Origin: a virus
Lineage: Duplodnaviria; Caudoviricetes
Virus record (IMG/VR): IMGVR_UViG_3300008255_000012
Span: 1 to 59,629 of that record
Strand: one strand, 5' to 3'
Length of the DNA: 59,629 nt
In this document: positions 54,190 through 59,629 of the stretch, one piece after another
Numbering within the stretch: position 1 is the stretch's first letter
How the letters are laid out: each line of letters starts with the position of its first letter
The notes under the pieces: model-generated
What the model saw: the letters and a program-made list of their open reading frames with translations, nothing else
Database searches by the model: none
Told to the model about the DNA's origin: nothing
Translations under genes and position numbers: made by a program

Positions 54190-56219
54190 GGTTTCAGCTC
54201 CTGTTTTGACGTTGCTATTTTAATGCTTTCTACCCTAGAGGTTGATTCTATTTCAAACTGCCATTTATCAGCCCTGACAGATGGAAGAGTAAAGGTTTGA
54301 ATCACTTGACCAACTGGCTTATTAAAAACCTCCACTCCATCCGCGAACAGCTTAAACGACACTAACGATAAGTCGTTGGCAACTATTCTGCAGCAAGAAA
54401 AAGCTGACGAAACAGCCTCAAACTCCTTTGACTTCCACTTTAATTTTTTCTTATCAGTGCCACCCCTGAATTTAATTACATTGCCAGCATTAACAACATA
54501 CAAAGTATCGTCTTTTGGATCGGTGTATCCAGCAGTCCAAGAGTCATTTAGCCGTCTAAAATCACCAGCAATTAAATCAAATATAAATGCGCCAGTGCTA
54601 TGCACTCCGATGTACTTCCCTTCATGCCTGAAACCTTTGATGGTTGAAGGATCTAGGAGTGCTCTCCACTGCATTGGTTTTATGATGTTCTCAGTTGCCA
54701 TCCTTACGCCGTCAGGCGCAATAGCTATCAACCCGTCAGGGCAAGCATAAATTACAGCCGGACCTATATTTACCATCGACTTCTTTGATACGCATGACTG
54801 AGCTATCTCAAGCTTTTGGCCTGCTATGTTGGCCGGGCTTATACCTGTGTATAGGTAAGGATCGCCCTTAGTGCCAACCACTAAGCTTGTTCCTATTGGC
54901 TCGATTGCAACTATATCGTAATCAATAGACAGCCGATAAGCCTCAGGCCACGCGTATGGTAAGTATGCTTCAGAGAATAATATCTGGTTATCTACGAACC
55001 CAGCGCAAATGCCGTTAGCCATTGAGCATAAGCCTTTCATTTCATCTGGTGGCATGTCGTAGGTTTGAGTTGCCAACGTGCCAGCCAGTGACACATCAGG
55101 CCTATTATCGATGAATGTCGCTTGGCTTATTGGTATTTCAGCAACTGCTAAGAACTCAGACAGCCCTCCGCCAGTGACTGTTCTATAAATTTTTATTCTT
55201 TCTATGTTGCTTCTGTTTGTTCCTGGTGGCTGTATTGTTAGCGTAACTTGACCGACTGATATGTTAGTAGGATCTTTTGTGGTCACATTCATTTTTACAA
55301 TAGCGTACCCGCCAGCAAGCAGTTTTGTATCGTCAAGAGTAACTTCCATGTTAATGGTTCCGCTTGCGATCTCAATCTGTTCAAGTATACCGTTTGCATT
55401 GGCATCGCTGGTAATGTTTGCCACTGGCGCGCCTGACGGGTTATTTGCTCCGGCACTAGCCGTACCTGTTACCGTAGCTTTGTAGCTACCTTCTGGCGTT
55501 GTAACTCCATTAACGTCTTGCTGTGTTGCGCTTATAGAAACTTCCATGCCAGATGCTGGCACATCTGCATACCAGCTTAACACTCCACCAGCATAAGAGA
55601 ATTTTGTTAAAGCTTTCCCGTACTTGTCTACAATCTTGATGATATTATTTACATAGCTAACGGTTGCCACAATCTCATATTCTTCAGCGGCAATTTTTAC
55701 GCCTATCGGGCTACATGTTACCGATGCAGATACATTGCTTGGCGCCCCTTCCTCGCCTGCCGCCGTGACATAAGTTGTCACATAAAAAACAGTTGTAGCG
55801 CTTTCGTCATCAGCAGGAGGAGTAAACGAGCTGATAGTTGGTGCAGTTGATGGGGCAGGTACTCCAAGTTGAAAACTGCTAACTGGTAGCGCCCCGCTTC
55901 CATTGAAAGTGGTGTTGTATGTAACCTTTGGATAATCGCCGTCTGTCCAATATACGCGCCTAAATGGATCTCTAGCAACTGGGCTTTTTATTGCGTCAAC
56001 ATCAATATCCCACTGGAACCAGTAAGCATCTTCATATCTGAATAGGGTTTGAGTTGATTGCCTAACATCAAAACCAGTGTCTAAACTAGTGTCTATTGGG
56101 TTAAGCACTCCATCATCAAAGTGACAATCTAATGCAAAAACAGAAGCGTCACCCGGCAAAAGGTTTGGCGAAAAACTTGGGATCTCACCCTTAAACGTAC
56201 TTAGCTTTATTGCTGGCAT
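54186..56219 (-). CDS. Tail tubular/stabilization protein with ~150-aa insertion
   Basis: LGVPAP, GEEGAPS, IYRT..GGG, MANGICAGF, FSEAYLPYAWP, SLVVGTKG.PY, WKSKEF. Confidence 0.75.
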   Translation of the reverse strand: MPAIKLSTFKGEIPSFSPNLLPGDASVFALDCHFDDGVLNPIDTSLDTGFDVRQSTQTLFRYEDAYWFQWDIDVDAIKSPVARDPFRRVYWTDGDYPKVTYNTTFNGSGALPVSSFQLGVPAPSTAPTISSFTPPADDESATTVFYVTTYVTAAGEEGAPSNVSASVTCSPIGVKIAAEEYEIVATVSYVNNIIKIVDKYGKALTKFSYAGGVLSWYADVPASGMEVSISATQQDVNGVTTPEGSYKATVTGTASAGANNPSGAPVANITSDANANGILEQIEIASGTINMEVTLDDTKLLAGGYAIVKMNVTTKDPTNISVGQVTLTIQPPGTNRSNIERIKIYRTVTGGGLSEFLAVAEIPISQATFIDNRPDVSLAGTLATQTYDMPPDEMKGLCSMANGICAGFVDNQILFSEAYLPYAWPEAYRLSIDYDIVAIEPIGTSLVVGTKGDPYLYTGISPANIAGQKLEIAQSCVSKKSMVNIGPAVIYACPDGLIAIAPDGVRMATENIIKPMQWRALLDPSTIKGFRHEGKYIGVHSTGAFIFDLIAGDFRRLNDSWTAGYTDPKDDTLYVVNAGNVIKFRGGTDKKKLKWKSKEFEAVSSAFSCCRIVANDLSLVSFKLFADGVEVFNKPVGQVIQTFTLPSVRADKWQFEIESTSRVESIKIATSKQELKP

Positions 56220-56395
56220 AATTTAACCCTTTAATTAACTGCTTTATTTTTAAGCCATCAATCCAGTATTGATTATAAAATAGAGCTCACATCTATTGGC
56301 TGGCATCATTCAATCCTAGGCGCCTACCATTGCGCTCCATTCATCTTGTTGTCTATATATATCCGCCTAAGATATAAGCCATGTTGCTGCAATCA

Positions 56396-57538
56396 TTATT
56401 TATTAATCATAATGGAATATATGTTAGATTCTTTGAATTCGCTCCTTGCAGTAGATCCGGATGTTACAAATAAAGAATTATCACCGTGAACCCTTCGTAT
56501 ATAATTTACGTAACCAATACCCATAAAACTACCACCAGCATATACAGATTCACCATCAGACCATGCTATATCACCACTTGGAAGCATAAGAGATCCAGTG
56601 GTGTAATTGTGGTTTGTTTTTCTGACAAATGTTTGACTATTAGCAGTAATTTTCCAAACTTCACGATTGCCATAATTTGGATCAACACTGTCTGACTTGA
56701 CAACAAGGGCTGTCGGTATTCCATTGACAGATGCAAAGTCTTTTAAATATATAAATTCATATCCGTCATACCAATTTACCGGGCTAGTCCATACACAGCC
56801 ATCAACTGATTTCATGTATTTTAAATGAATACGGTTATCTGCTGCTCCATAGGTTCCATCAGGCCATAGGTCGTTATAAACCATGTGTATGTAACTACCG
56901 TCATAGTAACTAATCATGTAATGACCTATGCCATCACTAGTCAACGGGTAGTCTCCGCATGACGTCATAGGTCTTCGAATGATGCTACCATCGACTTGAT
57001 GCTCATATGACGAGTAAACAGTTACAAGATGGTCATTAACCCAGTGCAGTTGTGGGTATGCTCTATAACCAGTGGCATACAGCGTCCAGCTTTCCCCATT
57101 TGTTGAGCTGTATTGATATCCTAACCTCTTGTCTCCACGAGATCCTACAGTTACCCATAACTTCCCGCCACCACACTGGATGGCTGCGTTTTGATGCGGA
57201 TCATTAAATCCAAATACGGTATGTACTAAATATTTCATCCCAGTAGTTAGATTAAGGGAATAAATACTAAGATCGCCATCACTATTTTCACTGTATGTTG
57301 CCCAATTTCCTAAATTACAACTAACTGCAACGGGGGAGTGTTTTGCAGTGTATACACCCTTGAGGCCTGAATACTTTGATACTCCATTATAGTACTGTGG
57401 TAGCTCATACCAACTTGGGTGAGTTAGTTTATATCGTGTTACTACAATGGATGATTTCTCTATTAATGACGTATCAGCAAATGATTTTGGCTGAACCATA
57501 ATTACCAACAGAACCATAAGCATTAATATTTTTTTCAT
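56396..57538 (-). CDS. Secreted BNR/Asp-box beta-propeller protein (BNR_4-like)
   Basis: Signal peptide MKK-hydrophobic-SFA; DPHQNA, YSSTNGESW, AYPQL, KSVDGCVW. Confidence 0.65.
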   Translation of the reverse strand: MKKILMLMVLLVIMVQPKSFADTSLIEKSSIVVTRYKLTHPSWYELPQYYNGVSKYSGLKGVYTAKHSPVAVSCNLGNWATYSENSDGDLSIYSLNLTTGMKYLVHTVFGFNDPHQNAAIQCGGGKLWVTVGSRGDKRLGYQYSSTNGESWTLYATGYRAYPQLHWVNDHLVTVYSSYEHQVDGSIIRRPMTSCGDYPLTSDGIGHYMISYYDGSYIHMVYNDLWPDGTYGAADNRIHLKYMKSVDGCVWTSPVNWYDGYEFIYLKDFASVNGIPTALVVKSDSVDPNYGNREVWKITANSQTFVRKTNHNYTTGSLMLPSGDIAWSDGESVYAGGSFMGIGYVNYIRRVHGDNSLFVTSGSTARSEFKESNIYSIMINK

Positions 57539-57831
57539 ATAGAATTGCCACCATCTGTTGTTGGGGTCTCTGGCCTGACACCATTAAGATCATAAGTCCT
57601 TAACGCCGCTCTGTATTGCAAAACCTTTGACATGTGGGGGTAGTCAGGCAACTTCACAAGCTCATCAGTTCTCATTAGCTCACTCATAACCCATTCATTT
57701 TCCTGAATAGTGGTATCTATATTGCAATGAGTGAACTCAATATACCCACCTGTGCTACTGTAACGTCGGTATCTAGCGCCATCCACCATCAACAACTCAT
57801 CTATTTTATTTCCATCTTCATCCATAATCAT
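57535..57831 (-). CDS. Tail fibre assembly chaperone
   Basis: W..SELMRTD....PDYP......YRAALR. Confidence 0.65.
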   Translation of the reverse strand: MIMDEDGNKIDELLMVDGARYRRYSSTGGYIEFTHCNIDTTIQENEWVMSELMRTDELVKLPDYPHMSKVLQYRAALRTYDLNGVRPETPTTDGGNSI

Positions 57832-58256
57832 GATAAATCCCCCTCTTGATAAGACACCCATGTAACACTGCTCCCGCCAGTAGTTATGTTTACAGCCTCA
57901 CCCGGCAGGAATTGAATGTGGTTTATTTGACCTGACGCAGAAATAATGTTTGTTGGAGGACTTCCTATAAAATACTGTCCTGACTCTGCAATTGATGATG
58001 TTAGCGTCCCATTGATCAGCTCGCCCTGAATGCTACCGCTGACTATGGTGTTAACCATGATGCCTGCATTAGGAATAAGACTAGTCAATCTTATTGCCTT
58101 GCCAGTTGGTGGCACGATATTTATTGGGGATGATGAATTGAATGAGCCTACCCTCAATGACTTGCTCCACTCAGTAGGGGTGAACGTCAACGCACCATCT
58201 CCAGTATTTTGCAGTTGAGTTATTTTATTTAATATCACTGCGTCTAATCCGCTCAT
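57828..58256 (-). CDS. Tail fibre-associated small protein
   Basis: ATGA-coupled to fibre; IVPPTGKAIRLTSL. Confidence 0.55.
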   Translation of the reverse strand: MSGLDAVILNKITQLQNTGDGALTFTPTEWSKSLRVGSFNSSSPINIVPPTGKAIRLTSLIPNAGIMVNTIVSGSIQGELINGTLTSSIAESGQYFIGSPPTNIISASGQINHIQFLPGEAVNITTGGSSVTWVSYQEGDLS

Positions 58257-59506
58257 GCTCTTATTACCTCTGTAAGTGTTCCATCGCCATCGTAGGTGTA
58301 TGTTGTCGTGTAAGTGACTCCGTTATAAACCTCTACGGCCTGCGTTAAATTCCCGCCAGAGTAAGTAAAGTCAGTAACCCTATTACCCCTTGGCAGAACT
58401 TCTGTCATCTGCGTTAAATCCCCGCCAGAGTAAACGAACGTGATGCCGCTAGGTTCGGAAATCGCATCAGACAGGGCTTTCTCTGTTATTGCCAATGCTT
58501 CAGAGGAACCATTGATGCTGTTTGATAGTGTGGTAGCGCCTTTCTCAGTTGTCGATGCATCAGGCAATCGTGCCACTGCAACTGTGCCGCTGGTGATATC
58601 CTCACCAGCATGCTGGTGGACTAATTCAGCTTTGGTTGCAAGGCCAGATGATAACGCCTTTTCAGTAACCGCCTTAGACTCAAGCGTGCCAACAAATGAG
58701 TTTGATAACTGTGTTATACCTGAAGTCATCAACGTTGCTACGTCAGTAGTGTTTACTTTACCGGCCAATGCGGCATTTACTGTCGTGGATTCGTGCGGGA
58801 CATCTTCAGAGCGGATAGTGATGATACTGCCTGTTTTACCGTTAGCCTGCAAAATTGCAGAGCCAGTTGGTGATGGAACTAATTTAAAAAAACCACCGGT
58901 AGCATTCCAAAAAAGCTGATCAGTATTAAATGCCGTTTTGCCAATACAATCACCTTCAGTAAATATAAAATTATCAGTAGCATTCTCGAAAGCTATAATA
59001 AAAATTGTGTCACGACTTGGATTTTCAGGAGTTGGGTACTGATTTCCCGTTGTTGGTGTAAATGTTTTCCCGCTAACAAAAGTTTCATCTGCATTTGTTT
59101 TTGCTACATTTGCCCAATGCCTTGCAGAATACTTGTCAGTTTCAACAGGAACGTCTATGGCATTGTCAGCCCATGCCTTTGCTTTTGTGGTTGCGTTATT
59201 AGCCTCGACAACATCAAGACCAGTTTGCACCCTATCAGCGGCTGTCAAAGTCGCAGAAGCGTCCGCCGCCAATTGGCTTGCACTCGAAGCGGTTTCGCTT
59301 GCCTTAGCATTGCTTTCGGCTAGTTCGGCTGCGAGTTCAGAGCTATGCGAATTGGTTTCTGATAGTTTTGCTGCGTTTTCAGAAGCCTTTGAGTTGTTCT
59401 CAGAGACTAGCGCAGCAGCGGCACTGGCAGAGGACTCACTTGCCTTATTAGTAGCGATGACCGTTTGTTGGTTAACGATTGTTGCTTGGGAGTCGACATG
59501 AATAAC
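58253..59506 (-). CDS. Tail fibre, C-terminal part (joined to 768..1)
   Basis: SE.NAKASE repeats, YSARHWA, two G.T.LSNS...A.TEKAL fibre repeats, YSGG.LTQ repeats. Confidence 0.85.
   Translation of the reverse strand, partial: VIHVDSQATIVNQQTVIATNKASESSASAAAALVSENNSKASENAAKLSETNSHSSELAAELAESNAKASETASSASQLAADASATLTAADRVQTGLDVVEANNATTKAKAWADNAIDVPVETDKYSARHWANVAKTNADETFVSGKTFTPTTGNQYPTPENPSRDTIFIIAFENATDNFIFTEGDCIGKTAFNTDQLFWNATGGFFKLVPSPTGSAILQANGKTGSIITIRSEDVPHESTTVNAALAGKVNTTDVATLMTSGITQLSNSFVGTLESKAVTEKALSSGLATKAELVHQHAGEDITSGTVAVARLPDASTTEKGATTLSNSINGSSEALAITEKALSDAISEPSGITFVYSGGDLTQMTEVLPRGNRVTDFTYSGGNLTQAVEVYNGVTYTTTYTYDGDGTLTEVIRA
58340..58433. repeat. 25-bp direct repeat (24/25), 69 bp apart, in fibre C-terminus
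   Basis: ctgcgttaaat[t/c]cccgccagagtaa at 58340 and 58409. Confidence 0.8.
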
Positions 59507-59629
59507 CTGCTGGTCAATATGGTCCACTTGAGCGTTTACATTGTTAATCGCAGGCATATTGCTGTTTACTGCAATGATATCGTCTATGTTCGAGTTAACA
59601 GTGATAATTGCAGGCACGTTTGCGCCAAC
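59507..59629. repeat. Terminal overlap identical to 1-123
   Basis: Exact match. Confidence 0.95.

Noticed and set aside
56220-56395. Small ORF or RNA in the gap before the tail protein
   Set aside because: Only very short ORFs and no convincing stem were found
59507-59629. Biological direct terminal repeat
   Set aside because: It falls inside a coding gene that reads through the junction, which is typical of an assembler overlap

Overview
This window is an apparently complete, circularly closed genome of a tailed dsDNA phage, about 59.5 kb. Bases 1-123 repeat 59507-59629, which looks like an assembly overlap, and it falls inside the tail-fibre gene. The virion module is podovirus-like and resembles Stx phage 933W: terS, terL, ~690-aa portal, scaffold, N4-gp56-type capsid, tail proteins, ejection proteins and a 2890-aa polyvalent protein with methyltransferase, HExxH and LPD38-like domains. 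There is a lambdoid-style replication/nin arm (initiator with internal iterons, DnaB, MT-A70, NinB, N4/N6 MTase, Rha/ANT, NinG) and a left arm (Sak-like annealase, RdgC, many small genes). A GH108 lysis cassette with overlapping spanins and a tRNA-Ile2(CAT) are also present. No integrase, CI repressor or Q was recognised. The host is probably a gammaproteobacterium (inference). The most interesting signals are non-coding: (1) a ~68-nt GU-rich sRNA upstream of the lysis genes whose seed is complementary to an AACAACAGAG leader motif at several phage genes; (2) two structured RNAs co-transcribed with the tRNA; (3) a terminator leader whose loop pairs with its own 5' end; (4) a dispersed ~19-bp operator-like motif; (5) paralogous genes with conserved DNA boxes flanking equal-length variable segments. 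A candidate double nucleotide-sponge anti-defence gene sits in the head module. All family assignments come from motif recognition by eye, not database searches.
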